A stretch of 64,000 bases of DNA from Podarcis melisellensis (Eukaryota), in the NCBI GenBank assembly GCA_964234715.1, contig OZ174289.1; one strand, given 5' to 3'. This document shows positions 14,701-24,824 of this stretch, in pieces. The first letter of the stretch is position 1, and each line of letters starts with the position of its first letter. The position numbers were made by a program, and so were the translations under genes. Under the pieces are notes generated by a model. It had not been told where the DNA came from. It made no database searches and saw only the letters and a program-made list of their open reading frames with translations.

Positions 14701-15201
14701 TCTGGGAAGACCCTGTCCTTCCCCTTTGCAAAGAGAGCTGTATTAGAATAAACAAACAGTTGACAGTTCTTCTCCATTGACAAGTTCCCTTCCGCTTTGA
14801 AGAGGTTGAGACCTTAAAGACTTTTTGGGCTGAAACCCAGAGAAGTGTGTGTGAAACCTGCAGAGGGAATGTCATTTTGAAAGCTATTTTCCTGGCTGTG
14901 ATCCGGATTTCCAGGGGAAATGGGCCAGCCTGTCATTGGCTTCAGATGCCTTATTTAAACATTAACATATGCTATTCTCACATATGTGTCCTGAACAAGT
15001 TTGTGCATGCATTCCTTCATCGTAGTCACACTGCATCTTGGGGCTATTTAAGCAGTACCCCTTCACAATTCACTTATGGTGAACTGAAGCACTGCCAAGC
15101 AGAAACTGACCTAAGAGCCATGACTTTACATAAATATTATAAAAAGATAAAGAAATGACAAAGAGATAATTTGATTACATAACTGTAAACATATACAACT
15201 A

Positions 15202-15427
15202 CAGTGGTACCTCGGGTTAAGAACTTAATTTGTTCCGGAGGTCCGTTCTTAACCTGAAACTGTTCTTAACCTGAGGCACCACTTTAACTAATGGGGCCTC
15301 CTGCTGCTGCCGTGCTGCTGCTGCATGATTTCTGTTGTCATCCTGAAGCAAAGTTATTAACCCGAGGTACTATTTCTGGGTTAGCGGAGTCTGTAACCTG
15401 AAGCATATGTAACCCGAGGTACCACTG
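15202..15427 (+). mobile_element. Tc1/mariner (pogo/Tigger-like) MITE
   Basis: TIR CAGTGGTACCTCGGGTTA...TAACCCGAGGTACCACTG; TA target duplication. Confidence 0.9.
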
Positions 15428-15896
15428 TATCTGTATTTAGATGTGTGGCTACATGTCATGTACAACAGCCAGTGAAGACATCATTCCTCAAAACAGAGTT
15501 GATGCCCGGGATGAAATAATTTTAGAGTTCCTCCCAATATGTGTGAGTGGCAGTTCCACAGGTTAATGAACAGAGATGGGAAGTGAATGATCTTTTTAAA
15601 AAAGAATAAACTATGTTTGTGTGTGTTTCCCAGCTGCATTTTATCATACCATATAAATAAACCAGAGTAGCTCTGAAGTAGCTCTTGCTAGTTATTAGAG
15701 AAGATTGATGAATAATAGTAATAGGGCCAAGCTAAGAGAGGCCAACTGATTGCTGTGGGGTGGGGAGGGGTAAATGCATGTAACTTAAGAACAAAAAAGC
15801 CTGTCATTATCAAGAAGTAGTCATTCTTCAGCAGAAAAGGGCAGCAGGGCAACTCATATTTGCTCCCTCCAAAAGCCATCACCATCAGACTTTCCC

Positions 15897-17075
15897 TTAA
15901 GTGTCATGAAACAGCAGCCCTTCCAGCAGGCTGCCACAGAGGGAGAGGAAAGAAGGTAGGTTGTTGGCATCCATCTGCCTCAGGAGACAATGGGGGGGAC
16001 CTTTGAGGATGAAGTTAAACTGTTGGAAAGTTGCAGTGTCTGCTGTGGCTGTAGAGGCTGATGCGGGAGAGACATGTTTTGTTGAAGCTGGAGCAGATGA
16101 AGGTGTCCAGTTGTGCTGCTGCAGATGTACCATGGCTCTTCTTCTCTCTGTTCCCCTCCCAATGATTACCTTTTCTGGTAACTGCTGTGGATATATGTCC
16201 TGACTTTCTCCAGGCACTGCAGTCTTCTGCAAGGTATTCCCACACGGTGGGGTTAATGTTGCTAGCCTTCATGTCATGTTTGCAGACATCTCTGTAACAC
16301 AGAGTTGATCTGCCAATGGGCCTGGTGCCTAAAGCCAGCTCCCCGTAGAGCACATCCTCAGGGATCCTGCCATCTTCCATTCTGTGGACATGACCAAGTC
16401 AGCATAAACACCACTGAGAGAAGAGTGTGAACATGCTGGGAAGGTGAGCTTTGCTTGAAACTCTGTCCTGCCATGTGATACCCCAAATCCTCCTGTGGAA
16501 GACATCGGACATCATACCTAATGGTTGTTAGTTTTCCACAACACTTTCATAAAAAGTAAAGGTAAGGGACCCCTGGGTGGTTAAGTCCAGTCAAAGGCGA
16601 CTATGGGGTGCAGCTCTCATCTCGCTTTCAGGCCAAGGGAGTCGGTGTTTGTCCACAGACAGCTTTCCAGGTCATGTGGCCAGCAGAACTAAACCACTTT
16701 TGGAGCAACAGGACACCGTGACAAGTGCCAGAGCACTTAGAAACACCATTTACCTTCCCACCGCAGTGGTACCTATTTATGTACTTGCACTAGTATGCTT
16801 TCGAACTGCTAGATTGGCAGAAGCTGGGACAGAGCAACGGAGCTCACTCCATCATGCAGATTCGAACTGCTGACCTTCTGATCAACAAGCCCAAGAGGCT
16901 CAGTGGTTTAGACCACAGAGCCACCTGTTCCATAAAGCAGAGTGGTCAACACACAAGCCTGGTAGACCTTCATCTTGGTTGTAGACATTAGCATCACATT
17001 CTGCTCTGCTGAAGTCTTCACCATCACACTTTCCCTCTCCCTCAACTATTATTCAGCAATTGTCATCCTATCAAA
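15897..17075 (-). mobile_element. RTE-clade LINE 3' fragment interrupted by a Sauria SINE
   Basis: Minus-strand peptides TTKMKVYQACVLTTLLYG (~16930-16985) and MEDGRIPEDVLYGEL..G.RP.GR; C-terminal Cys/His finger remnant. Confidence 0.8.
16553..16928 (-). mobile_element. Sauria SINE
   Basis: tRNA-like head, CATGACCTGGAAAGCTG core and ACCTTT-type tail; homologous to 41503 and 62230. Confidence 0.85.
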
Positions 17076-17214
17076 TTTCACTAGAAGGAAAGAAGGAGGG
17101 CAGCGCTACTCCATTGACTCTGCTGAAGGATTAACAAACTTTAGCTGCTCCCCTCCAACTTTTTCTGTTTGGTTGGTCATTCTAAGGACTTTGTAACTAT
17201 GAAGTAGTGCCTGT

Positions 17215-17400
17215 GGGTAAAGTTATAGTTCAGTGGTAGAACATCTGTTATGCATGCTTAAGATCCCAGGTTCAATCCCCAACATCTCCAGATAGTGCTC
17301 AGAGAGACCCCTGCCTGAAACCCTGGAGAGCTTCTGCCAATGTACATAACACTGAGCTAGATCGACCAATGGTCTGACTCAGTGTAAAGCAAGATCCTAC
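17215..17400 (+). mobile_element. tRNA-derived SINE (relatives at ~27205-27385 -, 27450-27630 -, 38395-38590 +, 58177-58360 +, 59420-59605 +)
   Basis: A box TAGTTCAGTGGTAGA and B box GGTTCAATCCC, followed by a shared body (ctgaaaccctggagag...gagctagat..accaatggtctgactcagt). Confidence 0.75.
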
Positions 17401-17960
17401 ATACCTTTCCCAGTTCTGTCTACACAAACTATACAAATTCTGCCTTGGGGAAGAAGGTTACAAGGCTACCATGTTCCATACTTCGCTATGCATTATTGAC
17501 ATTGACACTCACTATGTGCAGAATAGCATGGAAAAATTCCTCCTCGTATTCATAAAACATCAGATGTGTTTTGAGACCATTATTTTCCACATGACACTTT
17601 GCCAGAAACGAAGGCAGGCAAAGCACCAGTGAAATGACTCAAGAGCAGCACAGAGGAGGGAGAAAGGAGATAGCTGTCAAGTAAGATGGGAACTCCGGGG
17701 TGTGCTAAACCAAGTAAAAGGTGTGTCAGCCTTCCAAGCATCTGCATATGGGAAGGGGTGTTATGCATGAGTACATGGCAGCTTCTTTTCCCTCCCTCTC
17801 AGTTAATTAACCTCCTTCACCTTTATGCTGTTAGACACTGTCCTTAGTCCTATATCAAGGTCATGATTAGCACAGGCCAAGCAAGTCTTGCAAGCTGAGT
17901 AATTTCAGGATGAACAAAGGCTATAGCAATGAGGACCCCACAGCTTTAGGGAGACTTAGG

Positions 17961-18310
17961 CCAGGGGTGGGAACCATTTTTCAACCAAAGGGCCACATTC
18001 AATTCTGGGAGACCTTTCAAGGGTCGTGAATCAGTACTGGGTGAGGCCAGAGGCAAAACTGGACAAAGCAACAAATGACCATATAACATTTGTACAGTAG
18101 GCTAGTTTTTATACAACACAGCCATCTTTATCTTCCATCCAGGTAAGCAAGAGGCATTTATCAGAGTTGAAGAATGCATTCTAACCAGGTAAAAGCACCA
18201 GGAACAGTATAGGGTGTGGTTTATGGAAAGGGTTCACCTAGGGAGAATTTTGAGGGCCAGATAGAAATGAGACATTCAGCCTCTGAACCTGAGGTTTCTG
18301 ACCTCTAGTT
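17961..18310. mobile_element. hAT-like MITE remnant
   Basis: Starts CAGGGGTGGGAAC; ends gaggtttctgacctct; internal gggccacattc motif. Confidence 0.5.
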
Positions 18311-18566
18311 TAGACAATGGGTTAGCAACAAGATCAAATGAGGTGGGCTGTGCCTCAATTCCTTCACCAGTACTTTGTATGCAGCAAGTAGGTGTTACTC
18401 AGAGTAGACCAATCAAAATCAATGGACCCAAGTTAGTCATGCCCATTATCTTTAGTGAGTCTACTCTGAATAGGATTAGCAATGAACATAATCCAATGGA
18501 TGAAATCCACTCAAACGCTGAAATCTGAATGGGTCAGTCCAGTGTCCCCAAGCAGCTGGTGACTCA

Positions 18567-18992
18567 TTGCGTGTTGAGTTCCACAGTGCCACCCCCCAAA
18601 TAATTACACACTTCACACATCAATTTTGTTTAAGGTTTTTGGCATAATTTTGGCCACAACTTTTTTATTCAAAATACAAAAATTGTGAGTGGTTGCTTAG
18701 GCATTGGTTATGACTATCTGTCCTGGCCCTCAAGGACAGAGCTGGTTCTTCCGGACTCCCCCAGAAGCCAGCGTGGGAAACAAGTATTGGATGAGAAGCG
18801 AGGCTGGGAAACAGACCCTCGCTTCACACCCTCATGTTCCGGTGGGGCTTGCACGGCCCAAGTCCGGCTCCCCGGACAAGGACGAAAGAATGGCAAGCCC
18901 CTGGATTCCTTTAACGGAATTCCCTTTCCGCATCATTTGGAGGGATAGGCACTTACCCCTCCAAGCACCAATTAACCAATGCCTAACCGCCA
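18567..18992 (-). repeat. Split direct repeat B2 (426 bp, 3' terminus)
   Basis: Copy of 19385-19810; contains AATAAA on the element strand. Confidence 0.95.
18664..18669 (-). terminator. Polyadenylation signal AATAAA in B2 (also in B1 at 19482-19487)
   Basis: AATAAA on the element strand, followed by GU-rich TGATGTGTGAAGTGTGT about 40 nt downstream. Confidence 0.6.
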
Positions 18993-19175
18993 ACCTTACA
19001 AGTTGTGACGATTTGCTACGCAGTAGGCAAAAACCAAATGGCACCAGCCAATCTGCCAGATGGCCAAATTCCTACCGGGCCCCCGCTCCAAGGCGAACGA
19101 CCCCATGACAGGCATAGCAAGGTCAAGCAATCAACTTAAATAACAAACCCCCCTATTAAAGGGAGGGAGGGCGGG

Positions 19176-19387
19176 TGATCCGATGCAAAACGGCCAAGAA
19201 GGACGTCCCTACGTCCGGCTCATCTATTTATATCTTCTGACTCCACCTACAAATTGGTAACTATCAAATTCCCCCAGCAACCCAATTAACCCTTAAGACC
19301 AGGGTTGCTGCTAATTTGCCTAGTCATAGGAGGTCGGCCTGTTCCCCAACCGCAACACGTGCTCTCTGCTAGGGAGAACACGCTTTG
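19176..19387 (-). repeat. Split direct repeat A2 (212 bp)
   Basis: Copy of 26118-26329; abuts B1 with a 3-nt TTG overlap. Confidence 0.95.
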
Positions 19388-19810
19388 CGTGTTGAGTTCC
19401 ACAGTGCCACCCCCCAAATAATTACACACTTCACACATCAATTTTGTTTAAGGTTTTTGGCATAATTTTGGCCACAACTTTTTTATTCAAAATACAAAAA
19501 TTGTGAGTGGTTGCTTAGGCATTGGTTATGACTATCTGTCCTGGCCCTCAAGGACAGAGCTGGTTCTTCCGGACTCCCCCGGAAGCCAGCGTGGGAAACA
19601 AGTATTGGATGAGAAGCGAGGCTGGGAAACAGACCCTCGCTTCACACCCTCATGTTCCGGTGGGGCTTGCACGGCCCAAGTCCGGCTCCCCGGACAAGGA
19701 CGAAAGAATGGCAAGCCCCTGGATTCCTTTAACGGAATTCCCTTTCCGCATCATTTGGAGGGATAGGCACTTACCCCTCCAAGCACCAATTAACCAATGC
19801 CTAACCGCCA
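19385..19810 (-). repeat. Split direct repeat B1 (426 bp)
   Basis: Copy of 18567-18992 at offset 818; one mismatch seen (19581 G vs 18763 A). Confidence 0.95.
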
Positions 19811-19844
19811 TGGAGCCTCCCGCTCACCGCCAAACCACTCACTA

Positions 19845-20330
19845 CCCCGCACCTATCTTAAGCCTCATTCCCTGAAGCAGAAAGGTGCCCGCCATCATCT
19901 CGGAAAAAGGATGGCATCTCAAAAAGAATCGCAGGGTGATTTCACCACCCGCGCCAAGACCTCAGCTTGGCCACCATCGCACCTATCCAAGCTTCATTCC
20001 CTGAAGCAGAAAGGTGCCCGCCATCAACTCGGAAAAAGGATGGCATCTCAAAAAGAATCGCAGGGTGATTTCACCACCCGCGCCAAAACCTCAGCTTGGC
20101 CACCATTGCACCTATCCAAGCTTCATTCCCTGAAGCAGAAAGGTGCCCGCCATCAACTCGGAAAAAGGATGGCATCTCAAAAAGAATCGCAGGGTGAGAA
20201 ATCACCTCACGCACCAAGACTTCAGCTTGGCCACCACCGCACCTATCCAAGCCTCATTTCCTGAAGCAGAAAGGTGCACACCATCAGCTCGGAAAAAGGA
20301 TGGCTTCTTAAAAAGAATCGCAGGGTGGGA
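19845..20330 (-). repeat. Tandem array, ~129-bp unit, ~3.7 copies, derived from the hydrolase 3' end
   Basis: Anchor cctgaagcagaaaggtgc at 19871, 20000, 20129, 20260 (periods 129, 129, 131). Confidence 0.93.
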
Positions 20331-20777
20331 GATCACCTCACCACCCAGCTCACCAATACGAACAGCCACAGCTGAATTGATGCGTTTTCTGGCCCTTTCA
20401 GTGGCCACTGGGCAGCGACTACCTCTCCAAACGCATCGTTGCAAGAGCTGAGACCAAAATATTTTTGCCGCGGGCACCATTGCCCGCAAAGTGTCCAAGT
20501 CCGTTAAAATTGCAGCACGCAGGGCAAAACAGCCCATATCCACCAGGTCATTCTCTCCCAGCTGTATAACAATGGCTGATGGCGGCCCCTCTCGAAGTAA
20601 CTGCCCCCCGGATTCGTGGCAGGAGCTCCGACCAAAGCATTCCACGTCTAGACAACCAGGACAGCTGCACATGGGGAGGAAGGCCGAGACCTAGACCAAT
20701 ACCAGCCTGCCGTGCCGCGACACCAGCCCAATGGACGATGCTGTGCCCCACCATCCACACACGGACCGGTGCCAGAC
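20202..20777 (-). pseudogene. SGNH/GDSL-family hydrolase (~190 aa), interrupted by a 1-nt frameshift
   Basis: Block I VWMVGHS and block II SRRG lie in one frame; block III IVIQLGENDL and block V ADGVHLS lie in the next. The frames join if one G is removed from the G6 run at 20604-20609. Confidence 0.85.
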
Positions 20778-20810
20778 CTGGTACAACATAAACAGACAGA
20801 AAACAACATG

Positions 20811-21781
20811 TTAGCGAACGTAACTTCTGAACGCATTTGACTTCCAACGGCCCAATTCCTTTATCCTGGCCGCTGACAAACCCCAGTGGGCTGCCGTCGT
20901 GGCAGCCCCAATCCGAAATGAATGGGGGGCAAAATCTCCAGCTGTGTCGCCACAAGCCCGAATCACTTTTCGCATCACTCCTGCAAATTGTTGCCTAGAT
21001 AGAGGCAACCCATCCTCGTGCCGAAGCAGAGGCCCATCCCCTTGGGTACGCACGGCCAGGTATTTACTAACGTCTTTCACAGGGCAAGGGCCTGCCTCCC
21101 CCGTGGCAGGGAGACGAATAAGCGCACCCTTACCCTTCTGATCCGTCTTAGAATGCCTAATCGTGATCCTCAATTCGTTAGGGGATAACTGAATGTCTTG
21201 GAGGAAGAGGCCCCAAGAGCGACCATCCCGATGATCCTCCACAACCAATTCACCCACTCTCAACGCACCAAAAAAGGCTATGGAAAAGGCAGCCGAGAAT
21301 AGGCGTGCCTCATACGCTGACCAACATACCACCCGCAGCTTTTTTCGCATATTGCTCAGCAAGTCAAAAGAGATGGGGCGCCTAGATACCGGCCGGTGAG
21401 GACACAACCTGCCCCAGCCCTCAAGGGCCTTGCGGACAATAAATTTCGCGCAAGGATCCTTATCATAAAATGTTTTGCAGAAAAATGAGATGGCCGCTGC
21501 TTGCATCCTAATTGTCTTCCCTGCCCGCCCCAATTGAAACAATTGTGCCAAGTACTCTAAGACCTGCGAAGGGGTGGGTAGGGCCCCCTTTACTCTGCTG
21601 GTAGACTGAGACACAAATGTCATAAATTTTTCCCAAACTTTTGTATAAGATCGCAGAGTAGAAGGGGAAACCGATGCTGCTACTCCCTGCAAAACTAATT
21701 GTTGCCAAGGTTCCAGAGATGATCCGGGAAATATTCCGGAAGTATCCGTGCCTCTGGAACCAGGAGTCTGAATCGCTCCAT
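20811..21781 (-). CDS. Tyrosine recombinase (YR)
   Basis: Catalytic set present: ALRVGEL (R), HSKTDQ (K), HSFRIGAA (HxxR), GRWKS (W), SYVR (Y). The frame stays open upstream of the track's TTG start, overlapping the RNase H end. No ATG near the start; the start given is the predicted splice acceptor. Confidence 0.93.
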
Positions 21782-23446
21782 CTGAAAACGGGACAGAGCA
21801 TCAGCAATTTCGTTAGACACCCCAGGAATAAAACGAGCAGAAAAAACTATATTACAACGCAAATAGTGCAACACAAACGTTCGCAAGAGGGCCGACACCC
21901 GAGGGGAGCGTGACGACAGCTTGGCTAGCACCGTCACCACCACCTGGTTGTCAGTCCAGAAGCAGACACGACGGTTCCTGAACTCCTCGACCCACAAATG
22001 CACTGCCACTGCAATGGGAAAAAACTCGAGAAAAGTTAGGTCCCGCGTAATCTCTCCTCCCCTCCATTCATGCGGCCAACGCTTTGCGCACCAACGGCCC
22101 TTCCAATACAGACCAAAACCCAGCGAACCCGCAGCATCCGACTGCACCTGGAAGTCGTTGTGCAAATTTAACGTGTCTTGCCACAACGAAACCCCGTTGA
22201 ATTCCTCCAGGAATTCCAACCACATGGACAGATCAGCCCTCACCTCATTAGAAAGTCGCACCCGATGGTGAGGCGCCTTCAAACCTACTGTAAGGCGAGC
22301 CACGCGAGAACAGAAAGGGCGCCCCGGAGCCACCACTTTACAAGCGAAATTAAGATGTCCCAAAAGCGACTGAAGTTGTCTAAGAGACACTTTCCGCAAA
22401 GGTAACACTTCCTCTATAATCTTTTTTAAGGCAACCAGCTTATCACTTGGCAAGCTAGAGGTTTGAGCCACCGTATCTAAAAGAATACCCAAGTAAGTTA
22501 GCTGGGTCGAAGGACCTTCAGTCTTGTCTGCGGCAAGGGGAACCCCAAGTTCCCGCGTAATGTCAGCAAACGCACTCAGGAGCAATAAGCAATCGCCTGT
22601 ATCAGCCGCAGAGGCCAGTAAAAAATCATCCAAATAATGAGTGACTCCGCCCCTTCCTGTCTTAGATTTAAGGGCCCATTCTAAAAATGTGCTAAAAGAT
22701 TCAAAAGCCGCACATGCGATTGAGCACCCCATGGGCATAGCTTTATCAAAGTAGAAATTGCCCTCAAACTGAAAACCCAGAAGCCAAAAATCCTCCGGAT
22801 GAATTGGCAAAAGGCGAAAGGCCGATTCAATGTCACATTTTGCCAATAAAGCGGCTTGCCCGAATTTCCGAATCATCCTGATCGCCTGATCAAGAGAAGC
22901 ATACTTTACGGAGCATAGCTCAGGAGGAATCACATCATTAACTGACGTACCCTTGGGATGTGACAAATTATGAATTAGACGAAATTCACCAGGGGCCTTT
23001 TTTGGCACGATACCCAAAGGGGATATGTGCAAATTATTAAACGGAGGGTCACTAAAAGGACCAGCCATGCGTCGCATGGCCACCTCTTTTTCAATCTTCT
23101 TACGGGCAACCTGAGGTAGCTCGCGAACTGATTTTTGGTTAGCAGGATTACGTGCCACGGGAGACGTGGCTACTGGAATCCGGAAACCAATTGAAAAACC
23201 ATTACTCAAATAACATGCGGCCTCCCTATTAGGGTAAGATCTCAGCCAATTTTGCAATACCTGCAGGCGAACAGGTGTAAAAGCCAATGAAGTCAACGCA
23301 TCATTTTCCTGGTCCCGGGGTCGAGGCGGGGAGAGCTGCCTTGGGGGTTTGCTGAGAACCCCCTTTTCCCCCGCAAAAGGGCCGCCGACCCACAAAACAA
23401 GAGGAAGCTGGGTGCAAACCATTACACTTATCACACATGTGAGCAA
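21695..23446 (-). CDS. pol: Reverse transcriptase-RNase H ORF2 (~580 aa), overlapping the gag 3' end in the +1 frame
   Basis: RT motifs ISPLGIVPKK, FRLIHNLS, AKCDIESAFR, MPMG, YLDDFL. RNase H motifs SDA, LEFFPI, TDN, NEIADALSR. No internal stops; true start uncertain. Confidence 0.95.
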   Translation of the reverse strand: MLTCVISVMVCTQLPLVLWVGGPFAGEKGVLSKPPRQLSPPRPRDQENDALTSLAFTPVRLQVLQNWLRSYPNREAACYLSNGFSIGFRIPVATSPVARNPANQKSVRELPQVARKKIEKEVAMRRMAGPFSDPPFNNLHISPLGIVPKKAPGEFRLIHNLSHPKGTSVNDVIPPELCSVKYASLDQAIRMIRKFGQAALLAKCDIESAFRLLPIHPEDFWLLGFQFEGNFYFDKAMPMGCSIACAAFESFSTFLEWALKSKTGRGGVTHYLDDFLLASAADTGDCLLLLSAFADITRELGVPLAADKTEGPSTQLTYLGILLDTVAQTSSLPSDKLVALKKIIEEVLPLRKVSLRQLQSLLGHLNFACKVVAPGRPFCSRVARLTVGLKAPHHRVRLSNEVRADLSMWLEFLEEFNGVSLWQDTLNLHNDFQVQSDAAGSLGFGLYWKGRWCAKRWPHEWRGGEITRDLTFLEFFPIAVAVHLWVEEFRNRRVCFWTDNQVVVTVLAKLSSRSPRVSALLRTFVLHYLRCNIVFSARFIPGVSNEIADALSRFQMERFRLLVPEARILPEYFPDHLWNLGNN

Positions 23447-24824
23447 ATTTGCACCCTTGACGTTGACATGAACCCTTGTTAAATTCCCAGCATAACAGGC
23501 GACGGCTGGTTTTAAAGGCCCCTGGTCTCATCCTCTGTTGTTCCGGCCCCTTTTTATCAATGGATGGGGCCACGTAAGTGGTCCAAACATCAAGATCTTT
23601 TCGATCCCATCGGGCCGAGGGAATCTTAGCAGCCCTGCGCCTAAAGTTCTCATCGTATTTTATCGCGGCTTTTTCACCAGCTTTGGTGAAAGCGGAGCGA
23701 ACAATAGATAAATAAATTAACAAATGAAGAGATCTACGCGGATAAGCCGCCATGACCACTCCAGCAAAAACTTGGAAACAATCTAACCAATGCTCGAATG
23801 TCCTGTCTGCATTGGACACACCAGAGCGCTTCCTCGAAGAGCTCACCCTCTCTTGTTCATCTGAAGGAGGGGCCAACTTAAACAAGTCAACATAACGGCC
23901 ATCTAAAATCCTAGAACGCAGCTTTGTCGACAAATGTGAACCAGGAATGACATCCCTGGCGGAATTGGTAGAGACCTTAACGTCAGGTACCAAGACGCCA
24001 TCCTTACATTCCTGTACTGCCCCATACCTTGCCCGGTGTGTGTTGGACCTACGTTCCCAAGCCCACCTTGGAAGTCCTGATGCCTCTTCTCCATGGCCCC
24101 AGTACAGCTCCAAGGCACTACCTGACTCACCATCGGAACTAGAAGAAGACATACCAGAATAAGAAGACGACGATTCGTCCCTCCTGCGTTTTGCATGCCT
24201 CCGCGAAGATCTCTTGCGGCGCCGCTTTCCGCCTGAAGACCTTCTGGCAGGCACTGGCAGGCTATCTTCAATGGAGGATTCGGAGTCAGGATCCTGCCGT
24301 GAAGGACCTGGGACTGATGGAGAAGAGACAACACGTGAAAGACCAGAAACCTGTGCTTCCTCAACCTGAGGCTGGGCACGCTCGCTACGGCGAGTAGCAG
24401 GTGCTGCACGGTTCCCCCGTCTTGAGGCCCTCCGTGAGGAATGACCCGATCTTCTGGAAGAAACACGAGTAGGAGGTAGGTGAGGAGACTGGGTTGGCTG
24501 GGGATTAACCCTTGAGCCCCCAGATGATGATCCCTCTCTCCCATTCTCACTAGATGATGACACCAATGGAGACGACGCCCCCACTGGAGGAGGCGGTCTC
24601 GCTGACGTGGAAGGCTGACTGGAACACTGCTGAAGAAAGCCGTCCATTTCAGCCACAAAGCGAGATAAAGCTGCTGGGTCACCGGCCATGCTCGATACCA
24701 GAGACTGCATCCGTCCCTTCGGTTGACTATGAGGAGCTGAACGCAGAGCCTGAGATGGGCCTCTGATCGGCCGTTTTGCCGAGGTCGATGAGCCAGGGCG
24801 AGCCGCAGCCTTCTTTGGAGCCAT
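23301..24824 (-). CDS. gag: Gag-like ORF1 (507 aa)
   Basis: ATG-initiated 507-aa ORF upstream of RT. Ser/Arg-rich N-half with basic KRRRKR cluster. C-terminal Cys/His finger CWEFNKGSCQRQGCKFAHMCDKCNGLHPASSC. Confidence 0.88.
   Translation of the reverse strand: MAPKKAAARPGSSTSAKRPIRGPSQALRSAPHSQPKGRMQSLVSSMAGDPAALSRFVAEMDGFLQQCSSQPSTSARPPPPVGASSPLVSSSSENGREGSSSGGSRVNPQPTQSPHLPPTRVSSRRSGHSSRRASRRGNRAAPATRRSERAQPQVEEAQVSGLSRVVSSPSVPGPSRQDPDSESSIEDSLPVPARRSSGGKRRRKRSSRRHAKRRRDESSSSYSGMSSSSSDGESGSALELYWGHGEEASGLPRWAWERRSNTHRARYGAVQECKDGVLVPDVKVSTNSARDVIPGSHLSTKLRSRILDGRYVDLFKLAPPSDEQERVSSSRKRSGVSNADRTFEHWLDCFQVFAGVVMAAYPRRSLHLLIYLSIVRSAFTKAGEKAAIKYDENFRRRAAKIPSARWDRKDLDVWTTYVAPSIDKKGPEQQRMRPGAFKTSRRLLCWEFNKGSCQRQGCKFAHMCDKCNGLHPASSCFVGRRPFCGGKGGSQQTPKAALPASTPGPGK

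Noticed and set aside
17220-17290. tRNA gene candidates (also ~38400, ~58185, ~59425)
   Set aside because: Degenerate tRNA-like heads continue into a shared SINE body; no intact cloverleaf or terminator.
19797-20264. 155-aa repetitive + strand ORF
   Set aside because: Antisense reading of the 129-bp array; the meaningful strand is the hydrolase-derived minus strand.
19845-20330. Possible CRISPR-like array
   Set aside because: Units are contiguous tandem copies with no unique spacers; vertebrate context; no cas genes.
23903-24682. 259-aa alternative-frame ORF inside gag
   Set aside because: No recognisable motif; explained as a shadow of gag codon usage. Would need conservation evidence.
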